Notes under the pieces: generated by a model
The model's input: only the letters and a program-made list of their open reading frames with translations
Databases searched by the model: none
Told to the model about the DNA's origin: nothing
Made by a program: the position numbers and the translations under genes
Source: Escherichia coli
Lineage (GTDB): Bacteria > Pseudomonadota > Gammaproteobacteria > Enterobacterales > Enterobacteriaceae
Length of the DNA stretch: 64,000 bases
Assembly: GCF_048403405.1 (NCBI RefSeq)
Contig: NZ_CP183129.1
Reading direction: 5' to 3' (one strand)
Part shown: positions 22,122 through 32,238 of the stretch, piece after piece
Layout of the letters: each line of letters opens with the position of its first letter
Position numbering within the stretch: the first letter of the stretch is position 1

Positions 22122-23383
22122 CGCAGACTCCTGATAACATCGCCCGCCAGATGCCACAGGCCGTGACGACGTAAATGACGCCAGAATAACTGGCGCAGCG
22201 GTGGAACAGGTTTATCACCCTGATCCCATAAATCACGGGAAATATCCTGCATTAACGCAGGCCATGCACGGTACCATCCAGGGCGTTGCAAAAGCGCCGG
22301 AACATGCTGATAACGTTGTAGAACATCCCATAGCAGGCTGCGCTCTATGTTGTGATGATAAAGCGCAAACAGATTTTGCGGCTCGCGGTGCTGGCAGGCG
22401 CTTATCAGCGTTTGTGCCGCCGCCTGCGCGCCAGTCAGCGCCATATCCATGCCGCGCACGGAAATTCCGGTATTGACGCAACTGCGCAACGCATCGCCCA
22501 GCAGCAGCCAGCCGTTACCGGCGTATTGCACCGGCATACTGTGCAAGCCACCTTCTGGCACCAGATGCGCACCATACTCCAGTGATTCCGTGTTTTTGAT
22601 AAGCGGGCGCACTGCCGGATGCGTTTTAAAGCGAGCCAGCAGCTCGCTTGCCGGAACACGACTTTGCGTAAGGGAAGAGAGCGGGCAAACAATCCCTAAC
22701 GAGAGCGTTTGTTGATTAGTATAAAGAAATGTGCCGCCGGGTAAGTCATCACAGATCCTGCCGCTGAACAGCAACGCTGCGCCTTCGTTATTCTCCAGAT
22801 GAAAACGTTCTTCAATAGCGGATGTTTCCAGCGACAGCACTTCTTTGATCCCCAACGCCATCGCTTCGCCAGCAGGACGAGTCACTAACCCGTGACGTTC
22901 AGCCAGGACGCTGTTGGCACCTTCTGCCAGCACCACATAACGGGCGCGGAGAATATCGTCACCACAAATGACACCACACACCCTGCCGTTTTCTTCATAC
23001 AGCGCATCCACCGTCGCACCAGGGATGCATTCGACACCTTCTTTTTCGGCTTCGGCAACCAGCCACGGATCGAACCGTGCACGTAATACGCTCCAGGATT
23101 CACCGCCGGGCTGTAAGCTGGAAAACGTCGTTGCGCCATCCGGCGTTAACAGGGAAAGGCTTTCGTGAGTGATGCGTCGTTCAAGAGGCGCGGTCAGATG
23201 AAATTGTGGGAGGAGTTCCGCGAGCGCATGGGTGTATAAACGCCCGCCGGAAAGGTTTTTACTGCCGGGAATTTCAGCTCGTTCCAGTAACAGAACGGAC
23301 AAACCTGCCCGCGCGCAGCGTAAAGCACAAGCGGTGCCTGCTATACCCGCACCAATAATAATAATGTCGCAGTCGTCTTCCAT
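22112..23383 (-). CDS. ygcN: FixC-like FAD-dependent oxidoreductase YgcN (ETF-quinone oxidoreductase family)
   Basis: N-terminal dinucleotide-binding motif DIIIIGAGIAGTACA; start set at MEDDCD... Confidence 0.85.
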   Translation of the reverse strand: MEDDCDIIIIGAGIAGTACALRCARAGLSVLLLERAEIPGSKNLSGGRLYTHALAELLPQFHLTAPLERRITHESLSLLTPDGATTFSSLQPGGESWSVLRARFDPWLVAEAEKEGVECIPGATVDALYEENGRVCGVICGDDILRARYVVLAEGANSVLAERHGLVTRPAGEAMALGIKEVLSLETSAIEERFHLENNEGAALLFSGRICDDLPGGTFLYTNQQTLSLGIVCPLSSLTQSRVPASELLARFKTHPAVRPLIKNTESLEYGAHLVPEGGLHSMPVQYAGNGWLLLGDALRSCVNTGISVRGMDMALTGAQAAAQTLISACQHREPQNLFALYHHNIERSLLWDVLQRYQHVPALLQRPGWYRAWPALMQDISRDLWDQGDKPVPPLRQLFWRHLRRHGLWHLAGDVIRSLRCL

Positions 23384-23460
23384 GTCGTGCCCCATATATC
23401 CAGAGCGCAACACCCTAACATAGCGTTACTTAAGGGAAATTGACCGCCGACACACTCTTA

Positions 23461-23826
23461 TCATTCGCCGCGATAGATGCAACCTGCGGTGCAGGTTTCT
23501 TTCACCATAACCGCACTTAACAGCGGAACAACCGGTTTAACCTGATCCCAAATCCATTTTGCTAAAACCTCGCTGGTCGGGTTTTCCAGGCCAGGAATAT
23601 CATTGAGATAATAGTGATCGAGGCGCTCGTAGGTTGGCTTAAACGCCGCTTTTAGTTCAGCGAAATCGATAATCCAGCCCGTATGCGGATCGACTTCCCC
23701 GGTAATTTCCAGTCGCACCATAAAGGAATGCCCGTGCAGGCGACCACATTTATGCCCTTCCGGGACGTGTGGTAAGCGGTGAGCGGCTTCGAAGGTGAAA
23801 TCTTTAAATAACGTGGTGGACATCAT
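23461..23826 (-). CDS. queD: 6-carboxy-5,6,7,8-tetrahydropterin synthase QueD
   Basis: [35 protein letters not shown]... ; internal Met start chosen over the ORF-track 23910. Confidence 0.92.
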   Translation of the reverse strand: MMSTTLFKDFTFEAAHRLPHVPEGHKCGRLHGHSFMVRLEITGEVDPHTGWIIDFAELKAAFKPTYERLDHYYLNDIPGLENPTSEVLAKWIWDQVKPVVPLLSAVMVKETCTAGCIYRGE

Positions 23827-24141
23827 AATTTCTCTACATGACGATAAAACCGCCGTAGAGTACCGGAAAGGCTGTTTTTTCGCATTATCTAAAACGACTT
23901 TGTTGCGCAAAATCGCTGATTTATCTTAATGATTGGCTAAATTCATTTGTTTTTCATTGGGTTGGTTAATCTGTTTTGTTGTTAAAGACTATTGCTAAAA
24001 CAGGTTAGTCGATTTGGTTATTAGTTATCGCTATCCCGTCTTTAATCCACACCGTTCACCCCGTTAACCTTACCTTCTCTTCTGTTTTATGGGCGCTGAC
24101 AGGGCGCAGAAACAGCTTTGCTTACTGGAACATAACGACGC
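23827..24141. promoter_or_regulatory. Upstream regulatory region of cysJIH (expected CysB-dependent promoter)
   Basis: 315-bp AT-rich non-coding region upstream of cysJ; assignment rests on known cys-regulon biology, no individual site mapped here. Confidence 0.4.
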
Positions 24142-25941
24142 ATGACGACACAGGTCCCACCTTCCGCGTTGCTTCCGTTGAACCCGGAGCAACTGGCACG
24201 CCTTCAGGCGGCCACGACCGATTTAACTCCCACCCAGCTTGCCTGGGTTTCTGGCTATTTCTGGGGCGTGCTCAACCAGCAGCCTGCTGCGCTTGCAGCG
24301 ACGCCAGCGCCCGCCGCAGAAATGCCGGGTATAACTATTATCTCTGCTTCGCAAACCGGCAATGCGCGCCGGATTGCTGAAGCATTACGCGATGATTTAT
24401 TGACGGCAAAACTGAACGTTAAGCTGGTGAACGCGGGCGACTATAAATTCAAACAAATCGCCAGCGAAAAACTGCTTATCGTGGTGACGTCAACGCAAGG
24501 GGAAGGGGAACCGCCGGAAGAAGCCGTCGCGCTGCATAAGTTCCTGTTCTCCAAAAAAGCGCCGAAGCTGGAAAACACCGCGTTTGCCGTGTTTAGCCTC
24601 GGCGATAGTTCTTATGAATTTTTCTGCCAGTCCGGGAAAGATTTTGACAGTAAGCTGGCGGAACTGGGCGGTGAACGCCTGCTCGACCGTGTCGATGCCG
24701 ACGTTGAATACCAGGCTGCTGCCAGCGAGTGGCGCGCCCGCGTGGTTGATGCGCTTAAATCGCGTGCGCCTGTCGCGGCACCTTCGCAATCCGTCGCTAC
24801 TGGCGCGGTAAATGAAATCCACACCAGCCCGTACAGCAAAGACGCGCCGCTGGTGGCGAGCCTCTCTGTTAACCAGAAAATTACCGGGCGTAACTCTGAA
24901 AAAGACGTTCGCCATATCGAAATTGACTTAGGTGACTCGGGCCTGCGTTACCAGCCGGGTGACGCGCTGGGTGTCTGGTATCAGAACGATCCGGCACTGG
25001 TGAAAGAACTTGTCGAACTGCTGTGGCTGAAAGGTGATGAACCTGTCACCGTTGAGGGCAAAACCCTGCCGCTGAACGAAGCGCTACAGTGGCACTTCGA
25101 ACTGACCGTCAACACCGCCAACATTGTTGAGAACTATGCCACGCTTACCCGCAGCGAAACGCTGCTGCCGCTGGTGGGCGATAAAGCGAAGTTACAGCAT
25201 TACGCCGCGACGACGCCGATTGTCGACATGGTGCGTTTCTCTCCGGCGCAACTGGATGCCGAAGCGCTGATTAACCTGCTGCGCCCGCTGACCCCGCGCC
25301 TGTATTCCATCGCCTCCTCGCAGGCGGAAGTCGAGAACGAAGTACACGTCACCGTTGGCGTGGTGCGTTACGACGTGGAAGGCCGCGCCCGTGCCGGTGG
25401 TGCCTCCAGCTTCCTCGCGGACCGCGTGGAAGAAGAGGGCGAAGTCCGCGTCTTTATCGAACATAACGATAACTTCCGCCTGCCAGCCAATCCGGAAACC
25501 CCGGTGATTATGATTGGCCCAGGCACCGGCATCGCGCCGTTCCGCGCCTTTATGCAGCAGCGCGCTGCTGACGAAGCGCCGGGGAAAAACTGGCTGTTCT
25601 TTGGCAACCCGCACTTTACGGAAGATTTCCTCTACCAGGTGGAGTGGCAGCGCTACGTCAAAGAGGGCGTGCTGACGCGTATCGATCTCGCCTGGTCGCG
25701 CGATCAAAAAGAAAAAGTTTACGTACAAGACAAACTGCGCGAACAGGGCGCGGAGCTGTGGCGCTGGATCAATGACGGTGCCCACATTTATGTCTGCGGC
25801 GACGCTAATCGCATGGCGAAAGACGTTGAGCAGGCACTTCTGGAAGTGATTGCCGAATTTGGTGGCATGGACACCGAAGCGGCGGATGAATTTTTAAGTG
25901 AGCTGCGCGTAGAGCGCCGTTATCAGCGAGATGTCTACTAA
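24142..25941 (+). CDS. cysJ: Sulfite reductase [NADPH] flavoprotein alpha subunit
   Basis: 599-aa ORF with flavodoxin-like and FAD/NADPH-binding halves. Confidence 0.96.
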   Translation: MTTQVPPSALLPLNPEQLARLQAATTDLTPTQLAWVSGYFWGVLNQQPAALAATPAPAAEMPGITIISASQTGNARRIAEALRDDLLTAKLNVKLVNAGDYKFKQIASEKLLIVVTSTQGEGEPPEEAVALHKFLFSKKAPKLENTAFAVFSLGDSSYEFFCQSGKDFDSKLAELGGERLLDRVDADVEYQAAASEWRARVVDALKSRAPVAAPSQSVATGAVNEIHTSPYSKDAPLVASLSVNQKITGRNSEKDVRHIEIDLGDSGLRYQPGDALGVWYQNDPALVKELVELLWLKGDEPVTVEGKTLPLNEALQWHFELTVNTANIVENYATLTRSETLLPLVGDKAKLQHYAATTPIVDMVRFSPAQLDAEALINLLRPLTPRLYSIASSQAEVENEVHVTVGVVRYDVEGRARAGGASSFLADRVEEEGEVRVFIEHNDNFRLPANPETPVIMIGPGTGIAPFRAFMQQRAADEAPGKNWLFFGNPHFTEDFLYQVEWQRYVKEGVLTRIDLAWSRDQKEKVYVQDKLREQGAELWRWINDGAHIYVCGDANRMAKDVEQALLEVIAEFGGMDTEAADEFLSELRVERRYQRDVY

Positions 25942-27653
25942 TGAGCGAAAAACATCCAGGGCCTTTAGTGGTCGAAGGAAAACTGACAGACGCCGAGCGC
26001 ATGAAGCTTGAAAGCAACTACCTGCGCGGCACCATTGCGGAAGATTTAAACGACGGCCTGACCGGTGGTTTTAAGGGCGACAACTTCCTGCTGATCCGCT
26101 TCCACGGCATGTATCAGCAGGATGACCGCGACATCCGCGCCGAACGTGCTGAACAGAAGCTGGAGCCACGTCATGCAATGCTGTTGCGCTGTCGTCTGCC
26201 GGGTGGGGTTATTACCACCAAACAGTGGCAGGCGATCGATAAATTTGCCGGTGAAAACACCATCTATGGCAGCATTCGCCTGACCAACCGCCAGACGTTT
26301 CAGTTCCACGGCATTCTGAAAAAGAACGTCAAACCGGTGCACCAGATGCTGCACTCGGTCGGTCTTGATGCGCTGGCGACTGCTAACGACATGAACCGTA
26401 ACGTACTCTGCACCTCGAACCCTTACGAGTCGCAGCTGCACGCGGAAGCCTATGAATGGGCGAAGAAAATCTCTGAACATCTGCTGCCGCGTACCCGCGC
26501 GTATGCGGAGATCTGGCTCGATCAGGAAAAAGTCGCCACCACCGATGAAGAACCGATCCTCGGTCAGACTTATTTGCCGCGTAAATTCAAAACCACGGTA
26601 GTGATCCCGCCGCAGAACGATATCGATCTGCACGCCAACGACATGAACTTCGTGGCGATCGCCGAAAACGGCAAGTTGGTGGGCTTTAACCTGCTGGTGG
26701 GCGGTGGGCTTTCTATCGAACACGGCAACAAGAAAACCTACGCCCGCACGGCGAGTGAGTTTGGTTATCTGCCGCTGGAGCATACGCTGGCGGTGGCAGA
26801 AGCCGTCGTGACGACTCAGCGCGACTGGGGTAACCGTACCGATCGTAAAAATGCCAAAACCAAATACACGCTGGAGCGCGTGGGAGTTGAGACGTTTAAA
26901 GCGGAAGTGGAGCGTCGCGCGGGGATCAAATTTGAACCGATCCGTCCATATGAGTTCACCGGACGCGGCGATCGTATTGGTTGGGTTAAGGGCATTGATG
27001 ATAACTGGCACCTGACGCTGTTTATCGAAAATGGTCGCATCCTTGATTATCCGGGGCGTCCGCTGAAAACTGGCCTGCTGGAGATCGCGAAGATCCACAA
27101 AGGTGATTTCCGCATTACGGCGAACCAGAATCTGATCATCGCCGGTGTGCCGGAAAGCGAGAAAGCGAAGATCGAGAAGATCGCCAAAGAGAGCGGGTTA
27201 ATGAATGCCGTCACGCCGCAGCGTGAAAACTCAATGGCCTGCGTGTCATTCCCGACTTGCCCGCTGGCGATGGCCGAAGCCGAGCGTTTCCTGCCGTCTT
27301 TTATCGACAACATCGATAATTTAATGGCGAAACATGGTGTCAGCGATGAGCATATCGTGATGCGTGTAACAGGCTGCCCGAACGGTTGTGGTCGCGCGAT
27401 GCTGGCGGAAGTGGGCCTGGTGGGTAAAGCGCCGGGTCGCTACAACCTGCATCTTGGCGGCAACCGCATTGGGACACGTATCCCACGGATGTATAAAGAA
27501 AACATCACCGAGCCGGAAATCCTGGCGTCGCTTGATGAACTGATAGGGCGCTGGGCGAAAGAGCGCGAAGCGGGTGAAGGCTTCGGCGACTTTACGGTGC
27601 GTGCGGGCATCATTCGCCCGGTGCTCGATCCGGCGCGCGATTTGTGGGATTAA
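25941..27653 (+). CDS. cysI: Sulfite reductase [NADPH] hemoprotein beta subunit
   Basis: 570-aa ORF; C-terminal Cys cluster (TGCPNGC) of siroheme/Fe-S sulfite reductases; 1-nt overlap with cysJ. Confidence 0.96.
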   Translation: MSEKHPGPLVVEGKLTDAERMKLESNYLRGTIAEDLNDGLTGGFKGDNFLLIRFHGMYQQDDRDIRAERAEQKLEPRHAMLLRCRLPGGVITTKQWQAIDKFAGENTIYGSIRLTNRQTFQFHGILKKNVKPVHQMLHSVGLDALATANDMNRNVLCTSNPYESQLHAEAYEWAKKISEHLLPRTRAYAEIWLDQEKVATTDEEPILGQTYLPRKFKTTVVIPPQNDIDLHANDMNFVAIAENGKLVGFNLLVGGGLSIEHGNKKTYARTASEFGYLPLEHTLAVAEAVVTTQRDWGNRTDRKNAKTKYTLERVGVETFKAEVERRAGIKFEPIRPYEFTGRGDRIGWVKGIDDNWHLTLFIENGRILDYPGRPLKTGLLEIAKIHKGDFRITANQNLIIAGVPESEKAKIEKIAKESGLMNAVTPQRENSMACVSFPTCPLAMAEAERFLPSFIDNIDNLMAKHGVSDEHIVMRVTGCPNGCGRAMLAEVGLVGKAPGRYNLHLGGNRIGTRIPRMYKENITEPEILASLDELIGRWAKEREAGEGFGDFTVRAGIIRPVLDPARDLWD

Positions 27654-27663
27654 CCATCAGCCC

Positions 27664-27708
27664 GGTCTTGTAGGCCTGATAAGACGCGTGAGCGTCGCAT
27701 CAGGCAAG
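27664..27708. repeat. REP element between cysI and cysH
   Basis: GTAGGCCTGATAAGACGCGTGAGCGTCGCATCAGGC palindromic REP pattern. Confidence 0.75.
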
Positions 27709-27726
27709 GCAAACAGTGAGGAATCT

Positions 27727-28461
27727 ATGTCCAAACTCGATCTAAACGCCCTGAACGAACTGCCGAAGGTAGATCGCATTCTGGCGCTGGCGGAAACTAA
27801 CGCCGAACTGGAAAAACTGGACGCTGAAGGCCGCGTTGCTTGGGCGCTGGATAATCTGCCCGGTGAATATGTACTTTCTTCTAGCTTTGGCATTCAGGCG
27901 GCGGTGAGCCTGCATCTGGTGAATCATATTCGCCCGGATATTCCAGTGATCCTCACCGATACCGGTTATCTGTTCCCGGAAACCTACCGCTTTATTGACG
28001 AGTTAACGGACAAACTCAAGCTCAACCTGAAAGTGTACCGTGCTACCGAAAGCGCGGCCTGGCAGGAAGCACGCTACGGCAAACTGTGGGAACAGGGCGT
28101 TGAAGGCATTGAAAAGTACAATGACATCAACAAAGTCGAACCGATGAACCGGGCGCTGAAAGAACTTAACGCGCAAACCTGGTTTGCTGGCCTGCGCCGT
28201 GAACAATCCGGCAGCCGCGCCAATTTACCGGTGCTGGCAATTCAGCGTGGCGTATTTAAAGTGCTGCCGATTATCGACTGGGATAACCGAACTATTTATC
28301 AGTACCTGCAAAAACATGGCCTGAAATATCACCCATTATGGGACGAAGGATATTTATCGGTGGGCGATACCCATACAACCCGTAAATGGGAACCCGGCAT
28401 GGCGGAAGAAGAAACGCGTTTCTTTGGCTTAAAAAGGGAATGTGGGTTACACGAAGGGTAA
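27727..28461 (+). CDS. cysH: Phosphoadenosine phosphosulfate (PAPS) reductase
   Basis: [31 protein letters not shown]...; internal ATG chosen because the ORF-track start (27574) would read through the REP element. Confidence 0.95.
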   Translation: MSKLDLNALNELPKVDRILALAETNAELEKLDAEGRVAWALDNLPGEYVLSSSFGIQAAVSLHLVNHIRPDIPVILTDTGYLFPETYRFIDELTDKLKLNLKVYRATESAAWQEARYGKLWEQGVEGIEKYNDINKVEPMNRALKELNAQTWFAGLRREQSGSRANLPVLAIQRGVFKVLPIIDWDNRTIYQYLQKHGLKYHPLWDEGYLSVGDTHTTRKWEPGMAEEETRFFGLKRECGLHEG

Positions 28462-28478
28462 ATATTGCCGGATAAATT

Positions 28479-28518
28479 AAACGCCTCTGTCAGAAATGAT
28501 GGGGGCGTTTTTATTTTG
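28479..28518 (+). terminator. Terminator-like hairpin after cysH
   Basis: ACGCCTC...GGGGGCGT stem followed by TTTTTATTTT. Confidence 0.5.
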
Positions 28519-28725
28519 CGAGCAGCATTCCGGCATTTAAAGGTGAACATCGCAGGGAGAATTAACAGGTATAGAATGGAGTTGGGTGCTTGAGGCTGTC
28601 TGGCGTTAAGCATTCGCGAGGTTCCAGATGGACAAAAGCCCCAGGCGATATTTCTATCAACCTGAGGCCAGCGTTCGAACCTAAGCAATTCGAATGTTAG
28701 TCTCTTCTTTGCAGGGAGGCAAGAC

Positions 28726-28878
28726 ATGCTGACAAAATATGCCCTTGTGGCAATCATCGTACTGTGTTGTACAGTACTGGGATTCACGCTGATGGTAGGC
28801 GACTCGTTGTGTGAGTTGAGTATCAGAGAACGTGGTATGGAGTTTAAGGCAGTTCTCGCTTACGAATCGAAGAAGTAG
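28726..28878 (+). CDS. Hok/Gef-family type I toxin (50 aa), not in ORF track
   Basis: ATG at 28726 preceded by AGGGAGG RBS; translation [50 protein letters not shown] has the Hok-family TM helix and C-terminal ...AYES.K signature; frame anchored against the antisense ORF 28681..28935. Confidence 0.8.
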   Translation: MLTKYALVAIIVLCCTVLGFTLMVGDSLCELSIRERGMEFKAVLAYESKK

Positions 28879-29115
28879 CCACCACGCGGGGGTAAAACCC
28901 CGCGTATTGGATTGTGATGGTTTGGTCTCCTGCACCCTTTTTTAATTTATATTGTTTATGTAAATATTATGCCTATGTTTATTATTCATATATATTACGG
29001 ATGAAAATTATTTGATTATTCATAATGTAAATATTTTATTGAACGATATATATCACAGATAATTTTTAATATATGCGTAAATATCCTTTAAGTTTTACTG
29101 AAGGATAAAAACATT

Positions 29116-31773
29116 GTGACTTTCTTTGATTTCTGGGGAAAAACCCGACGTGGCGAGAAAGAGGGTGGTGACGACTATCACCTTCTTTGCTGGCATTCGC
29201 TGGATGTAGCCGCGATGGGCTATTTAATGGTTAAAAGCAATTGCTTCGGGCTGGCTGACTATTTTCGTCAACTAGGTTTCGCTGATACGGAGCAGGCAGC
29301 ACAATTTTTCGCCTGGTTGCTGTGCTGGCACGATACTGGAAAATTTGCCCGCTCTTTTCAGCAACTTTACCTGCACCCGCAACTCAAGGTTCCGGAAAGC
29401 TCTAGAAAAAATTACGAAAAAATCTCTCATTCAACGCTGGGTTACTGGTTGTGGCACCATTATTTAAGTGAATGCGAAGAATTGCTTCCTTCATCTTCAC
29501 TCTCTCCGCGCAAACTTAAACGGGTGATAGAGATGTGGATGCCCATGACTACCGGGCATCATGGTCGCCCGCCTGACCGTATGGATGAACTGGATAATTT
29601 TCTGCCTGAAGACAAAGCCGCCGCGCGAGATTTTCTCCTTGTAATCAAGGCACTGTTTCCTCTCATCGAGATCCCCGCATTCTGGGATGATGACGATGGC
29701 GTTGAACTTTTAAAACAACTTTCCTGGTATATCTCTGCAACTGTCGTACTTGCAGACTGGACGGGATCGTCAACGCGATTTTTTCCACGCGTCGCGCAGG
29801 CAATGGATATTGAAGATTACTGGCAGAAGGCTTTAGTTCAGGCTCAAAACGCATTAACCGTCTTTCCTCCAAAAGCACAAACCGCGCCTTTCACCGGAAT
29901 TAATACGCTGTTTCCTTTTATTGAGCACCCGACACCGTTACAGCAAAAGGTGCTGGATCTGGATATCAGCCAGCCTGGGCCACAGTTATTTATTCTGGAG
30001 GATGTGACTGGCGCAGGTAAAACAGAAGCGGCGCTTATCCTGGCCCACAGGTTGATGGCTGCGGGGAAAGCACAGGGTTTGTTTTTTGGCCTGCCAACAA
30101 TGGCAACGGCCAATGCCATGTACGATCGGCTGGTAAAAACCTGGCTTGCTTTCTATTCGCCAGAATCCCGCCCCAGCCTGGTGCTGGCACACAGTGCCCG
30201 CACATTAATGGACCGCTTTAATGAATCACTCTGGTCCGGTGATTTAGTCGGGTCAGAAGAACCGGATGAACAAGCGTTCAGTCAGGGATGTGCGGCCTGG
30301 TTTGCCGACAGTAACAAGAAGGCGTTGCTGGCTGAAATTGGCGTCGGCACGCTGGATCAGGCGATGATGGCGGTGATGCCGTTTAAACATAATAATCTGC
30401 GGCTTCTGGGACTGAGTAACAAAATCCTGCTGGCTGATGAGATCCATGCCTGTGACGCTTACATGTCGTGCATTCTTGAAGGATTGATTGAGCGGCAGGC
30501 GCGTGGCGGAAACAGCGTTATTTTGCTTTCTGCCACGTTATCTCAACAGCAGCGCGACAAACTCGTTGCTGCCTTTGCGCGTGGTGCAGAGGGTCAGCAA
30601 GAAGCTCCGTTCCTGGAAAAGGATGATTACCCCTGGCTGACGCACGTTACGAAATCGGATGTGCATTCACACCGGGTAGCAACGCGCAAAGACGTTGAGC
30701 GTAGCGTGAGCGTGGGTTGGCTTCATAGCGAACAAGAGTGTATTGCGCGTATCGAATCGGCGGTAAGTCAGGGGAAATGCATCGCCTGGATCCGGAATTC
30801 TGTCGATGATGCTATTAAAGTTCATCGTCAGTTGCTTGCCCGCGGCGTCATTCCTGCTTCCAGCCTTTCTCTGTTTCATAGCCGCTTTGCTTTTAGCGAT
30901 CGCCAGCGAATTGAAACGGAAACGCTGGCACGCTTCGGTAAAGAAGATAGCTCACAGCGTGCCGGAAAAGTCCTCATTTGTACTCAGGTCTTAGAGTCGA
31001 GCGTTGATTGCGATATGGACGAAATGATTTCCGACCTGGCCCCTGTTGATTTGCTGATCCAGCGAGCGGGGCGATTACAGCGGCATATCCGCGATATTAA
31101 TGGTCAGTTAAAGCGTGACGGAAAAGACGAGCGTTCTCCTCCTGAATTGCTGATTCTGGCCCCCGTCTGGGACGACGCTCCAGGTGACGAATGGTTCGGC
31201 AGTGCCATGCGTAACAGTGCATATGTCTATCCCGATCATGGACGAATCTGGCTGACGCAGCGTGTACTGCGTGAGCAAGGCGCGATTCAAATGCCACACG
31301 CAGCCCGCCTTCTTATTGAATCAGTCTACGGTGAGGACGTGGTAATGCCGGAAGGATTTGCCCGCAGCGAGCAGGAACAAGTGGGCAAATATTACTGCGA
31401 TCGCGCAATGGCTAAAAAGTTTGTGCTGAACTTCAGGCCCGGCTATGCCGCCAATATCAACGATTACCTCCCGGAAAAGCTGTCGACACGTCTGGCTGAG
31501 GAGTCTGTTTCCCTGTGGCTGGCTACCTGTATTGACGGTGTGGTGAAGCCTTATGCCACCGGTGCTCACGCATGGGAAATGAGCGTTGTCAGAGTGCGTC
31601 GAAGCTGGTGGAAAAAACATTGCGATGAGTTTTCTTTACTGGAAGGGGAAGCGTTCAGGCAGTGGTGCGTTGAACAGCGGCAAGATCCGGAGATGGCAAA
31701 TGTGATTTTAGTTACCGATGACGAAAGTTGCGGGTATTCGGCTAGGGAGGGATTGATTGGTAAGGTTGATTGA
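29116..31773 (+). CDS. cas3: Cas3 HD nuclease/helicase (type I-E)
   Basis: 885-aa ORF, GTG start; HD motif (WHDTGK), Walker A (GAGKTEAA) and DEIHA helicase motif. Confidence 0.93.
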   Translation: MTFFDFWGKTRRGEKEGGDDYHLLCWHSLDVAAMGYLMVKSNCFGLADYFRQLGFADTEQAAQFFAWLLCWHDTGKFARSFQQLYLHPQLKVPESSRKNYEKISHSTLGYWLWHHYLSECEELLPSSSLSPRKLKRVIEMWMPMTTGHHGRPPDRMDELDNFLPEDKAAARDFLLVIKALFPLIEIPAFWDDDDGVELLKQLSWYISATVVLADWTGSSTRFFPRVAQAMDIEDYWQKALVQAQNALTVFPPKAQTAPFTGINTLFPFIEHPTPLQQKVLDLDISQPGPQLFILEDVTGAGKTEAALILAHRLMAAGKAQGLFFGLPTMATANAMYDRLVKTWLAFYSPESRPSLVLAHSARTLMDRFNESLWSGDLVGSEEPDEQAFSQGCAAWFADSNKKALLAEIGVGTLDQAMMAVMPFKHNNLRLLGLSNKILLADEIHACDAYMSCILEGLIERQARGGNSVILLSATLSQQQRDKLVAAFARGAEGQQEAPFLEKDDYPWLTHVTKSDVHSHRVATRKDVERSVSVGWLHSEQECIARIESAVSQGKCIAWIRNSVDDAIKVHRQLLARGVIPASSLSLFHSRFAFSDRQRIETETLARFGKEDSSQRAGKVLICTQVLESSVDCDMDEMISDLAPVDLLIQRAGRLQRHIRDINGQLKRDGKDERSPPELLILAPVWDDAPGDEWFGSAMRNSAYVYPDHGRIWLTQRVLREQGAIQMPHAARLLIESVYGEDVVMPEGFARSEQEQVGKYYCDRAMAKKFVLNFRPGYAANINDYLPEKLSTRLAEESVSLWLATCIDGVVKPYATGAHAWEMSVVRVRRSWWKKHCDEFSLLEGEAFRQWCVEQRQDPEMANVILVTDDESCGYSAREGLIGKVD

Positions 31774-31798
31774 GATGCCCTGGAGTCGGAGGACTCCA

Positions 31799-31889
31799 GG
31801 GCCTATCCCCGCTGACGCGGGGAACGGAATAACAGAGTAACAGGAGCTACCTCTTACTGCTGGTTTATCCCTACGTTAATAGGGAAGAA
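31799..31889 (-). repeat. Two degenerate CRISPR-repeat-like units in inverted orientation in the cas3-cse1 intergenic region
   Basis: 31799-31827 GGGCCTATCCCCGCTGACGCGGGGAACGG matches the reverse complement of the repeat at 23/29 positions; 31861-31889 TGGTTTATCCCTACGTTAATAGGGAAGAA matches at 17/29 and keeps a CCCTA/TAGGG stem; start-to-start spacing 62 nt. Confidence 0.6.
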
Positions 31890-32238
31890 GGGAGTATAGC
31901 ATCTACTGAGATGAATTTGTTTTGATATTTAATGTGAACTTCCTCTTACTGCCTTTACATTTTTCTATGCGAGGAGTAATCTTTGCTCAGTTTGGGAGAG
32001 TTGAGTTTTTTTTACCCAAATATAGGCTCTGGATACAGGACTGATTGGTTATTCCAGAGTATGAGAATTATGTAAGAGGGTTGTACCATGGAAGAAAAGA
32101 CCTCCCGCTGTAAACGACTGTTTTGTCGACTAATGGTTCGTTTTGGTAAAAGGTTGTCAGTTAGTTTTCAGTTATCGGTTAACTAAAGGTTTAAGGGATG
32201 ACAAATGCCATGGAAGGTGATTTTAATAAGGAATAGTT

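Noticed and set aside
26046-27098. 350-aa ORF on the minus strand
   Set aside because: Antisense to cysI; GC-rich region poor in stop codons, no independent start or RBS context, no family signature.
28621-28726. Search for a long mok-type reading frame overlapping hok
   Set aside because: Only a 12-codon upstream ORF ending at the hok start was found; no long overlapping frame, so I do not annotate a mok gene.
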